Shown: one piece after another, positions 29,655-37,455 of the stretch
How the letters are laid out: each line of letters starts with the position of its first letter
Numbering within the stretch: position 1 is the first letter of the stretch
Virus record (IMG/VR): IMGVR_UViG_3300020165_000025
Location: 1 to 56,130 of that record
Reading direction: 5' to 3' (one strand)
DNA: 56,130 bases
Source of the DNA: a virus
Taxonomy: Duplodnaviria; Caudoviricetes
Notes under the pieces: generated by a model
What the model saw: only the letters and a program-made list of their open reading frames with translations
The model's database searches: none
Told to the model about the DNA's origin: nothing
Program-made: the position numbers and the translations under genes

Positions 29655-29739
29655 GACGTAAGTCCTTACAGGGTAAGGGTTTAGGTCTCCGGGGGCGGCA
29701 AAAATCGTCGTAACTCCTTATGCCCCAACGACTTACGTC
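29655..29739. repeat. Paired palindromic element (52-bp period)
   Basis: Spacers acagggt and atgcccc. Confidence 0.9.
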
Positions 29740-29782
29740 AATTTAAAATATCCTGTTTTTCTGCTTTTTATTTCTTTCCCCA

Positions 29783-29936
29783 GACACCTAGTAAATGTGA
29801 AAAGGCTTCCCCATCGGCATTTTACCCCGCTTTTTACCGAGTCAAAAAAACCTTTCCCTAGTTGCTCAAAATCGAGCTAAGTCATTGGGATATATAGACT
29901 TACGGCGACGACTTGACCGCTCCGGTATAATTAAGT
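29783..29936 (+). repeat. ~160-bp composite promoter-like repeat, copy 3
   Basis: GACAC-to-TATAAT distance 143 bp, as in copy 1. Confidence 0.85.
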
Positions 29937-30055
29937 AAAAGAAGAAAAGAAAGACAAAAAGAAAGATCAAAAAAATCTGAAAAAAAATCTTCAAAGTGAC
30001 CAAAGGTGTCACATGGATAGACGATAATATATATATAAGAAAGAAAGAAAGAATT

Positions 30056-30148
30056 ATGACTCAAAACAATGAAACAGACTGGCAAGGAATGGCAACTTTT
30101 CTCGAATGGCTTTTATCAGAAAAATCTGAAAAAGAATCGGAAAAATGA
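30056..30148 (+). CDS. 30-aa peptide
   Basis: Between two GTGAC-class promoters; purine-rich leader. Confidence 0.45.
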   Translation: MTQNNETDWQGMATFLEWLLSEKSEKESEK

Positions 30149-30211
30149 CCTAACGTGTCACTAGGTTATGCTATAATATAGTATAAGAAAAAACAACAGA
30201 AAGAAAGAATT

Positions 30212-30457
30212 ATGAATCACATCACTAGACAAATTTTAGACAACAACCTACCAATCTCGGACGTTACGAGAACGGTTACCATAACGGGTACAGAACTGGA
30301 CAATCCAGTTTATAAATGGTTCAACAAAGACACCAAAAAATGGTACTTTGGGGACAAGTGGAGCCAAAAGTGCAATTTCTCACCAAACTCAGCGATTAAT
30401 TGCGGTGGAAAGTATTATATCAATAAAATTTTCCTAAATCACAAAATCACGACCTAA
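30212..30457 (+). CDS. Early hypothetical protein
   Basis: Own promoter. Confidence 0.7.
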   Translation: MNHITRQILDNNLPISDVTRTVTITGTELDNPVYKWFNKDTKKWYFGDKWSQKCNFSPNSAINCGGKYYINKIFLNHKITT

Positions 30458-30601
30458 CGTGTCACTACACTGTGCTATAATACAGTATAACAAAAAAAGA
30501 GAAGCGGAACTGCTATAACAACCGCACTTGCAAGAGGAAGCAAGTAAAAAAATCCTCGGAACACTTACTATTTATTCCGATCTTGAAAGGATCAAAAAAT
30601 T

Positions 30602-30826
30602 ATGTTTCAACACAAACTACAAACCAAAACCGATTCCATGCGATTGTTTCGCACTACTGCCGACCTATTAAAATGGTCGCAAGATAATCCAGACGTTAAG
30701 ATTGTCAAAGGCAATCACGATGCCAGAACTGGCACGACTACTTGGAACGTCCCACAATGGGACAAGGTTCGAGCAGATTACTGCTCTGCTAAATTGGCTA
30801 CCATCAAGCGTTATGGTTCTAATTAA
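30602..30826 (+). CDS. Early hypothetical protein
   Basis: AAAGGA RBS in the GATC hairpin. Confidence 0.7.
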   Translation: MFQHKLQTKTDSMRLFRTTADLLKWSQDNPDVKIVKGNHDARTGTTTWNVPQWDKVRADYCSAKLATIKRYGSN

Positions 30827-30829
30827 CGC

Positions 30830-30975
30830 TCGCAACTGCAACACGATTGCAGGTAACAATTCAACTTCATCTAATGCCGAGATGACCGATAGGGTGGCGA
30901 GATAGTTCGCCTTAAAATGCCAACGCGGTAACAAGACCGGCTCTCCACGCTCGGGAGAGGTAAAAACAGAGCCAG
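30830..30975 (+). ncRNA. Putative structured RNA ending in an H-type pseudoknot
   Basis: Hairpins CTGCAA/TTGCAG, TCATCT/AGATGA, GGCGA/TCGCC, CTCTCC/GGAGAG. Confidence 0.5.
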
Positions 30976-30981
30976 AACATT

Positions 30982-31064
30982 GACGTAAGTGCTTGGCATT
31001 AAAGGACTTACGACGGCGGCGGCAGCCCCCAGCGACCTAAGTCCTTATATAGCAATGACTTAGA
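30982..31064. repeat. Paired palindromic element (52-bp period)
   Basis: Spacers ggcatta and atatagc. Confidence 0.9.
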
Positions 31065-31127
31065 ACAATTTTAAAAAAAACTAAAGATAACCCCTTGACA
31101 ATGCCGATATATACTATATAATGGAAT

Positions 31128-31267
31128 CATGAGACAGGGTGCGAAGGCCGTTCGATTCGACCGTGACCTTGGTGGGGGATGGGCGCGCGACCACTCCCCG
31201 ATGGCAACACCCTTGTCTCACCTTAATAAACCAAGTAAAACCATCACATCACTGCCAGCGAAAAAAA
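31128..31267 (+). ncRNA. Promoter-driven sRNA cassette 1 (TGAGACA...TGTCTCA stem plus conserved tail)
   Basis: Starts at +1 of promoter 31095; frame shared with 32767-32898; interior has a T-loop arm. Confidence 0.65.
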
Positions 31268-31358
31268 GTCAAAATAAATTAAAGAACCCCCTTGACAAAT
31301 GCCGATAATATACTATAATAGGGCATACGGGACGCGAACAACTTTAAAGGGTAAAAAG

Positions 31359-31547
31359 ATGCTAGACGACTTCACAACTCAAATCCAATCCGATGAAGCA
31401 AACGAGCCTACCGCCGCCGACTGGCAGGACTACAATGAATGGCTTGACCGCTTGGAGCGTAAAGAGTCGATCCGTCGATTGATGGATGCAATGGATGGAT
31501 TGCAGCAAGACGAAGGCCATTGCCTTGACTTTGGACTTTGTAAATAA
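31359..31547 (+). CDS. Early hypothetical protein
   Basis: Own promoter, AAAGGG RBS. Confidence 0.7.
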   Translation: MLDDFTTQIQSDEANEPTAADWQDYNEWLDRLERKESIRRLMDAMDGLQQDEGHCLDFGLCK

Positions 31548-31626
31548 ATTTTATTTTACCCCCTTGACAACTGTAATCCATACTGTATAATAGAAGCATA
31601 AGAACTTAACAACACGAGGTAACAAA

Positions 31627-31932
31627 ATGGCATTTTTCACTTTCGATCAAAACAACTCTGGCGGCTCTTACGTTGGCGATTTTCAATTCATTATCATCGA
31701 AGCCCCTCATGCTGAATGGGCGAACGATATGGCTGCCGATCACGGTATCTATTTCAATGGTTGTAGTCTCGGATGGGATTGCGATTGTTGCGGTGATCGT
31801 TGGAGTCGTGTAGACGATGACGATGCGACCGATTCCCCAGAAATTTGGGGTACGCCTGCTGCTGAGTATCGCGATTGGAACGGTAAAGCACCTGCTTATA
31901 AAATTGTCAGGAGTTTACCCGCAGGGGCTTGA
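31627..31932 (+). CDS. Conserved phage protein (QNNSGG...DCxCCGDRW family)
   Basis: GAGGT RBS; recognisable motif. Confidence 0.8.
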   Translation: MAFFTFDQNNSGGSYVGDFQFIIIEAPHAEWANDMAADHGIYFNGCSLGWDCDCCGDRWSRVDDDDATDSPEIWGTPAAEYRDWNGKAPAYKIVRSLPAGA

Positions 31933-32001
31933 CAAACTAAATTGATACTGTATAATATAATTATACGAAGCACACTTTTGAAAGGTTTTTAGAGGTTTAT
32001 T

Positions 32002-32157
32002 ATGAACGACGATTTTGCTGTTGATCCCGACGATTTTTGCACTATTGATTTCCTTGATTCAATCGGGTATGATAACGGTGATGATGACTGCGATGGTTAC
32101 GATCCTGATGACAATCATGGTTTTCAGAACGGCGTTTTTGACAACATCATTTTTTAG
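32002..32157 (+). CDS. Extremely acidic 51-aa protein
   Basis: GAGGT RBS; 16 Asp, no Lys or Arg. Confidence 0.6.
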   Translation: MNDDFAVDPDDFCTIDFLDSIGYDNGDDDCDGYDPDDNHGFQNGVFDNIIF

Positions 32158-32169
32158 AAAGGTTTTGAT

Positions 32170-32328
32170 ATGTTAGATGAAGATTTTTACTATGATGATC
32201 AGGTTTATGATCTGATTGACGAGGCTGAAAGTTTCGACGCGGATTTTTATGGCGAGCCGACACGCCACGAGGATGACGGTAATTATGACGACCTACTTAA
32301 CGAATTGGATTTTTTAGATGACGAATAA
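32170..32328 (+). CDS. Extremely acidic 52-aa protein
   Basis: AAAGG RBS; 22 Asp/Glu, one Arg. Confidence 0.6.
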   Translation: MLDEDFYYDDQVYDLIDEAESFDADFYGEPTRHEDDGNYDDLLNELDFLDDE

Positions 32329-32602
32329 AATTGCGACACAAATTAAAGATGTTAGCGATCAATTTCGCGGGCGTGCTGCCGTTTTCAATGTGGCTCCTGC
32401 GATGGAGGACTACGATGGAAACAAGTGGGATCACGTTGTTGTTTCGACTGCATCGGCAATTACTGGCACAGAAACTTACATCTTTCCATCCGACCCCGAA
32501 GGTAACATTGTAGATTGGTGCGAGTTGGAAGGATCAATGCGGGGTTGTGATAGTTGGAGCGATGCTTTGAATAACGCGGGCTACTCGCTGGAAGAGAGTT
32601 AA
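32318..32602 (+). CDS. Early hypothetical protein
   Basis: Overlaps the upstream ORF; V.VS....TETYIFP.D..G motif. Confidence 0.75.
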   Translation: MTNKIATQIKDVSDQFRGRAAVFNVAPAMEDYDGNKWDHVVVSTASAITGTETYIFPSDPEGNIVDWCELEGSMRGCDSWSDALNNAGYSLEES

Positions 32603-32608
32603 GATGTT

Positions 32609-32691
32609 GCCCTAAGTCCTTATCCCGCAAGGGGTTAGGGCGCTGGGGGCGGCCCCGGCCGTCGTAAGTCCTTACACACCAACGACTTACA
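32609..32691. repeat. Paired palindromic element (52-bp period)
   Basis: Spacers atcccgc and acacacc. Confidence 0.9.
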
Positions 32692-32766
32692 ACAAATATG
32701 AAAAAACTTTGAGAATTACTATTGACAACCCCTTGCAATTGACGATATATATAGTATAATGGGAGC

Positions 32767-32898
32767 ATGAGACACGGGGCAGGTGGTCGAGGTAGACCCC
32801 CTCCATGGAGAGGCAGTACGCCGAGGTAATGCAGCCCACCGCCCCTGTCTCACCTTAATAAACCAAGTAAAGGCATCACATCACTGCCAGCGAAAAAA
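32767..32898 (+). ncRNA. Promoter-driven sRNA cassette 2
   Basis: Same stem and tail as 31128; interior homologous to 33961-34044. Confidence 0.7.
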
Positions 32899-32954
32899 GT
32901 AAAAAAAATAAAAATACCCCTTGACATTCGCCAACAATATGGTATAATATAAGT

Positions 32955-33101
32955 ATGAAAGAGACAATTACAATCAAGATCAAGCTGGCGAAACCGGCAA
33001 TCGGCCATCAGGCCAACACGCATCAGGTTCACGACAATCGGCCTAAGCGACAACGTACACGCCAAGCACAACGTAGTGCATGGCAAAAAGATGTTAACTA
33101 G
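32955..33101 (+). CDS. 48-aa basic protein, probably leaderless
   Basis: ATG 7 nt after TATAAT; HDNRPKRQRTR. Confidence 0.55.
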   Translation: MKETITIKIKLAKPAIGHQANTHQVHDNRPKRQRTRQAQRSAWQKDVN

Positions 33102-33114
33102 AAAGGTTAAAAAG

Positions 33115-33276
33115 ATGAGCATTACATTCACCAAAGACAAAGAGACAAAGAACAAGGTTCGTTTTAGCGTTAACTCGCAAGACGTTCAGGGCAGTATCTA
33201 CGTTAGCAAGGATTCAGAACTTGCAAGCAATGATACAATTTCCCTAGAAATTTCAGAATATGAAGAAGTTTCTTAA
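33115..33276 (+). CDS. Small hypothetical protein
   Basis: AAAGG RBS. Confidence 0.65.
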   Translation: MSITFTKDKETKNKVRFSVNSQDVQGSIYVSKDSELASNDTISLEISEYEEVS

Positions 33277-33362
33277 AGTTTACCCCTTGACTTTGCCGAT
33301 AATTATTGTATAATGGTAGTGTACTACCGAGTTTAACAACTGTTTTTTTAGAAAGGTTTGAT

Positions 33363-33590
33363 ATGAAAATCAAGCAAACTGTAGAGTTAACTTTTGAGTC
33401 CTGCTGGATGGGCTGGGACGGCCTGCGGATTACAGACGTAGTAGGTAACGAGGCCGTTATCAAAATGTCTGATGAGGCTTGTCTTAAGTTGGAGTCGTCA
33501 CTTATTAGAAAGTGCGACGAGATTCGCGAAAAGGCAGCGGAAGCCGCTCGCCAAGCAATCGCCGATAGTGTGGAGGAAGAGAATGAGTAA
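33363..33590 (+). CDS. Hypothetical protein
   Basis: AAAGG RBS, own promoter. Confidence 0.7.
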   Translation: MKIKQTVELTFESCWMGWDGLRITDVVGNEAVIKMSDEACLKLESSLIRKCDEIREKAAEAARQAIADSVEEENE

Positions 33591-33759
33591 AGATACTCAA
33601 ACGCCGGATGTAGTAATCGGCCACCAATTTGCTGCTGGTACTGTTGTCGCCATCAATGGCAACTCTGTTTCGATTGACACTGCGGAAGGTGTTAAGCAAT
33701 TTAGTTTTTCTCAAGTGGAAGGTTTTATCAATGATCAACGATCTTTATCTCAAGCGTAA
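33583..33759 (+). CDS. Hypothetical protein
   Basis: GGAGGA upstream; overlap-coupled. Confidence 0.6.
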   Translation: MSKDTQTPDVVIGHQFAAGTVVAINGNSVSIDTAEGVKQFSFSQVEGFINDQRSLSQA

Positions 33760-33934
33760 CGAGCGCAAAGTCAGTTTTTTGTATCCCAAGAACGGGAACA
33801 AAAACATTCTCCGGCAAGTTAATGGTGTAAAGATTCGTTCCTACACCAGCAAGAACGGTCGCGGGATTACCGTCAAAGAGGATAACGGTTTGCACAAGTC
33901 GTTCCTAGTTTCAAAGTGCGTGGCCTCACTATAA
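33731..33934 (+). CDS. Hypothetical basic protein
   Basis: GGAAGG RBS. Confidence 0.6.
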   Translation: MINDLYLKRNERKVSFLYPKNGNKNILRQVNGVKIRSYTSKNGRGITVKEDNGLHKSFLVSKCVASL

Positions 33935-33960
33935 TCTAGGCTAACCTTTCGTGTTGTTGC

Positions 33961-34044
33961 GAAGACGCGGAGCAGGTGGTTGAGGTAGTTTCTGATCCGG
34001 CATCAGACAGTACGCCGATGTAATGCAGTCCACCGCTCCGCTTC
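33961..34044 (+). ncRNA. Small structured RNA, paralogue of the cassette 2 interior
   Basis: GCAGGTGGTYGAGGTAG-hairpin-CAGTACGCCGAKGTAATGCAGYCCACCGC shared with 32776-32845. Confidence 0.7.
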
Positions 34045-34060
34045 TTTGTTTTTAATATAT

Positions 34061-34211
34061 CTAGGGGTGCTTGCATGATACCTATGGAAATGTGGGTGGG
34101 TAATTGACATAAGTCACCACCTAATAAGGTGCAAGATTCGCTTGCTGGGATACCACTCGCGGAAGTTTGGGCAGTCGTGTATTCGAAATCGTTCGATTCC
34201 CACACTCCTAG
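34061..34211 (+). ncRNA. Putative ~150-nt structured RNA
   Basis: Closing stem CTAGGGGTG/CACTCCTAG, inner CTTGCA/TGCAAG, GTTCGATTC motif, T tract after. Confidence 0.55.
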
Positions 34212-34232
34212 CTTTTATTTTGATTGATGTTT

Positions 34233-34304
34233 TGTGTGGTAGCTCAGTGGTAGAGCGATGGACTGTTAATCCATTGGTCGCAGGTTCGAATCCTGCCCGC
34301 ACAG
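34233..34304 (+). tRNA. tRNA-Asn(GTT)
   Basis: Complete cloverleaf; ATGGA-CT-GTT-AA-TCCAT. Confidence 0.95.
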
Positions 34305-34308
34305 CTTT

Positions 34309-34378
34309 GACGTAAACCCTTGGTATCAAAGGACTTAGGGCGGCGGTGGCTGCCAGCGGCCGTGACACGTTAGGTCAC
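34309..34378. repeat. Single palindrome, GC linker, then an inverted GTGAC-N7-GTCAC site where the second palindrome would be
   Basis: Spacer ggtatca; gtgacacgttaggtcac at 34362. Confidence 0.8.
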
Positions 34379-34515
34379 TATCAAGCCATAAAATAAAAAA
34401 AAGACAAAAAAAATATATTTTAAAAAAAGTGGGTTTTCTTTCAAGCATAGGGGTTGACATTGCCGATAAATACTGTATAATGATAGAGTAACAAGCACAC
34501 TTCGAAAGGTTTACA

Positions 34516-35277
34516 ATGGTAAAATTCAGCCCAGCAAACGCTAAACTCAAAGCACTAAATCACGTTCCCGAATTGCAATCATGGTTGCAAGATCGACGCA
34601 AAGTCTATTCATTCGATCTGTTGTCTGGTTGGTCGTGTCCACAGGCTAAAGATTGCCTATCAAAAGTTGTTCAATTAGAACACGGTCGCAAAATCCAAGA
34701 TGGTAAAGATTGCCAGTTCCGATGTTTCTCTGCATCACAAGAAGCGACGTTCCCAAGTTGCTACGACAAACGCAAAGCCAATTTTGACGCTATGCGTTCG
34801 CTCAAAGGCTGCTATGATAAGGCACACGCTATTGCTGACGCTATGCCCGCAAACCTTGGTATCTGCCGGATTCACGTTGCTGGCGATTTCTTCAATCAAG
34901 ATTATTTTCGTGCTTGGCACTTGGTCGCAGAATGGCATCCTGACCGATTGTTTTACGCTTATACCAAATCACTCTCGTGGTGGTTGGAAGATCGTGACAG
35001 CTTGCCTAACAATTTTGTTCTAACCGCTTCTCGTGGTGGTCGTCAAGATCATTTGATTGACCAACACAATTTGCGAGAATCAAAGGTTGTTTTCTCTGTT
35101 GCCGAAGCTGACGCACTAGGTTATGAGATTGACCACACTGACGAACACGCAGCGATTCCAGAGATTCGCGACGAATCTTTCGCTCTACTAATTCACGGCG
35201 TTCAGCCTAAAGGCTCAAAGGCATCGGACGCTATCAAAGCACTCAAGAAAGAGAAGGTGAAGTTTTCCTATAGTTAG
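34516..35277 (+). CDS. GP88-like (radical-SAM-related) phage protein
   Basis: N.KL, SCP.A..C, CF.AS, RIHVAGDFF and FYAYTKS motifs. Confidence 0.75.
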   Translation: MVKFSPANAKLKALNHVPELQSWLQDRRKVYSFDLLSGWSCPQAKDCLSKVVQLEHGRKIQDGKDCQFRCFSASQEATFPSCYDKRKANFDAMRSLKGCYDKAHAIADAMPANLGICRIHVAGDFFNQDYFRAWHLVAEWHPDRLFYAYTKSLSWWLEDRDSLPNNFVLTASRGGRQDHLIDQHNLRESKVVFSVAEADALGYEIDHTDEHAAIPEIRDESFALLIHGVQPKGSKASDAIKALKKEKVKFSYS

Positions 35278-35370
35278 AAGGGCGGCATATGTGACGCAGT
35301 TTTTAGTTTTATCAGTTTTGTTAATTGTAATCCAGTCTATTTCCGACAAGTACACGAAGGAATTTTAAGC

Positions 35371-35637
35371 ATGAAAAGTTTAGTTTTATTTAGTTACCGC
35401 CAACCCGTCGAAGGTTTTAAATTTCGCTGGGGAGTTTTAGAGTCTCGCCGTGATACCGTCAAGCATCCGGTAGACAATGCCGCGTATCGTGCAGACGATC
35501 CAGCGTTCGAGCGTTCGCGACATCTTGATATGGTGTCAACCTTGGAAGGTGTCAAAGCCTTCTATCGTCAACGGCAACACTGGAAAGTAAAAATTCCGTT
35601 AGTTGGTTCGCTTGTCAAACCGTTCATGGCTAAATAG
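35371..35637 (+). CDS. Hypothetical protein
   Basis: AAGGA RBS. Confidence 0.7.
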   Translation: MKSLVLFSYRQPVEGFKFRWGVLESRRDTVKHPVDNAAYRADDPAFERSRHLDMVSTLEGVKAFYRQRQHWKVKIPLVGSLVKPFMAK

Positions 35638-35710
35638 CTATGTTAAGCACTTGCAAGCCGGTTGCATGTAAGCAACGCTGATGCAATCGGTTTGCATTTG
35701 TTGTTTCGTC

Positions 35711-35795
35711 GCCCTAAGTCCTTACGTGATAAGGGTTTAGGTGGGGCGGGGCAGCAAGCGGCGTGCCAAACCCTTTGATAGCAACGACTTACGTC
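35711..35795. repeat. Paired palindromic element (52-bp period)
   Basis: Spacers acgtgat and tgatagc. Confidence 0.85.
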
Positions 35796-35878
35796 TTTTC
35801 TAAAGAAATCAGATAAAAACACGAAATAAACTGGACATACCCCCTTGACAATGCCGATATATAATGTATAATAGGAGT

Positions 35879-36097
35879 ATGAACATTAAAGAAAAACAAA
35901 AGATTATGGTTGACGCTTTTACTAACGTTACAGGTGTTTACGCATCGTTTTGCGAGTCGTGTAACATCTGGCAGGTGCATTGTCCAGAGTGTAATCAAAA
36001 CTGGTGTGGTGGACATTGCGGTTGCAGTCCCGCGTTCCTCGACATCAAACAAGCACAATTAGATAAAATCTTATTAACTTTAGAAGGGGAAAAGTAA
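35879..36097 (+). CDS. Small Cys-rich (Zn-finger-like) protein
   Basis: CESC, CPEC, C...C.C. Confidence 0.65.
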   Translation: MNIKEKQKIMVDAFTNVTGVYASFCESCNIWQVHCPECNQNWCGGHCGCSPAFLDIKQAQLDKILLTLEGEK

Positions 36098-36312
36098 TGC
36101 CAGCATGGACAGCAAGTGACGGAGAAAATTGGGCAGACGAAATGTCTTACAGGCTTTGGATAGAAGATGCCAAACAGTGGGATAACATCTCTCTTGACCA
36201 AGCACAAGGTAAGGTTATCACAATGACGGAAGTTAACCCCGTCTTCGGGCATGTAACTATTTATGTAAAATCCCCAAAAGATGTAGGGATGACCCCTTGC
36301 AATCGACGATAA
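36097..36312 (+). CDS. Hypothetical protein
   Basis: TAATG coupling; AGGGGA RBS. Confidence 0.65.
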   Translation: MPAWTASDGENWADEMSYRLWIEDAKQWDNISLDQAQGKVITMTEVNPVFGHVTIYVKSPKDVGMTPCNRR

Positions 36313-36353
36313 TTAGTATACAATGGTGGTATAACACAACACGAAAGGAAGTT

Positions 36354-36821
36354 ATGAAAAAGCCAAGAGTAGGACGCAGTTTAGAGATTTGGGATCACAT
36401 TGATCCATCACGCAAGGTTCGCGTATATCGCAACCTACACAAAAAATGTTTTAGCATCAAGCAGGACGGTTTAGTTTGTTGTCATGCAGAACATGTAACC
36501 CTGCAAGAATGTAAGTTTATTATATCCAAGGCTGGACAATCAAGAGTTAGAAATGATCAACAGAAAAACGTTCATGCGTTCATTGAGGGTTACGTTGTAG
36601 GAACCAACGAAGCTGATCTCGAAGTAGATGGCGAAGTCACTGACGGTCAATTGATGAGTGGACTGACTAACTGGGAAACTCTTTATTATAATCCTTACGA
36701 GTGTGATGGGTTTATGAATACTGGTCAAGGTATGATCGCGGACACCGCACGATTTGTTGATCTGTATTGTGATGACACGGTTTTTTATGGTGCTGATGTA
36801 GTTTACGGAGCAAATGTATGA
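36354..36821 (+). CDS. Conserved phage hypothetical protein (VYRNLHK...KNVHAF..G...YNPY family)
   Basis: AAAGGA RBS; recognisable motifs. Confidence 0.8.
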   Translation: MKKPRVGRSLEIWDHIDPSRKVRVYRNLHKKCFSIKQDGLVCCHAEHVTLQECKFIISKAGQSRVRNDQQKNVHAFIEGYVVGTNEADLEVDGEVTDGQLMSGLTNWETLYYNPYECDGFMNTGQGMIADTARFVDLYCDDTVFYGADVVYGANV

Positions 36822-37096
36822 AAATTTTTGATAGTGGTTATGAAGGCGTTTCCAATAGCGAAGAATTTATCGCAGAGAATCCAACCATCACAATTAATGA
36901 GGCAATGGCAATTCTGGAACACCACAAGTATTTCAGCCACAGAACTGTTTTGTTAGACGATTGGACGACTGGACAACTTAACGTGCGTGCATTGATTTAC
37001 GAATCAACAAAAGATAACATCGAGATAATTTGCAGACAGTGTAGAATCTCGCAACGTGTTTCTACCAAAGAAGTTTTCGATTGGATGGGTTACTAA
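36818..37096 (+). CDS. Hypothetical protein
   Basis: ATGA coupling; GGAG RBS. Confidence 0.7.
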   Translation: MKIFDSGYEGVSNSEEFIAENPTITINEAMAILEHHKYFSHRTVLLDDWTTGQLNVRALIYESTKDNIEIICRQCRISQRVSTKEVFDWMGY

Positions 37097-37377
37097 TGAC
37101 AAAATTACAAGACAGCGAACTTATCAACCACGTTCTAAATTGGCTTTCCAAGCATGTTGACGACAAGGAAACCTTTAGACTGCAACATAGCTACTCGGTA
37201 GAGTTTATCGCCATGGGGCATGGATGGTGTGAGTTTGACTTGCACCTATGGGATGGATCAACGCTCTACATGGAAGCATGGATTGACCGGCAGGACACTG
37301 AATTGACGTTCACCAATCGCAATCCAATCACTCACGAGACGGAGTTAACGTTTCTTGACGTGGTAAAATTCTCCTAA
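37096..37377 (+). CDS. Hypothetical protein
   Basis: TAATG coupling; stop codon lies inside the palindrome arm. Confidence 0.7.
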   Translation: MTKLQDSELINHVLNWLSKHVDDKETFRLQHSYSVEFIAMGHGWCEFDLHLWDGSTLYMEAWIDRQDTELTFTNRNPITHETELTFLDVVKFS

Positions 37378-37455
37378 GTCCTTGCCCCGCAAGGGGTTAG
37401 GGCGCTGGCCGCCGCCCGCCGGGCCGTAAGTCCTTACGCACCAACGACTTACGTC
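37372..37455. repeat. Paired palindromic element (52-bp period)
   Basis: Spacers gccccgc and acgcacc. Confidence 0.9.

Noticed and set aside
30912-30960. Twister ribozyme resemblance (CGGTAACAAGACCG)
   Set aside because: The required pseudoknot partners and P2 could not be built.
31221-31267. Minus-strand sigma54 promoter (CTGGCA) in the cassette tail
   Set aside because: No GC at the -12 position.
31129-31308. Leaderless ORFs from ATGAGACA in the two cassettes
   Set aside because: 59 aa versus 20 aa, and the shared tail is translated in only one copy. Conservation fits RNA pairing better.
25802-37403. Integron attC sites (ACCTAAC and GTTAGGG boxes)
   Set aside because: R-box-like heptamers occur but not as matched ends of 57-141 bp hairpins. 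Most arms end in CTTACG and no intI is present.
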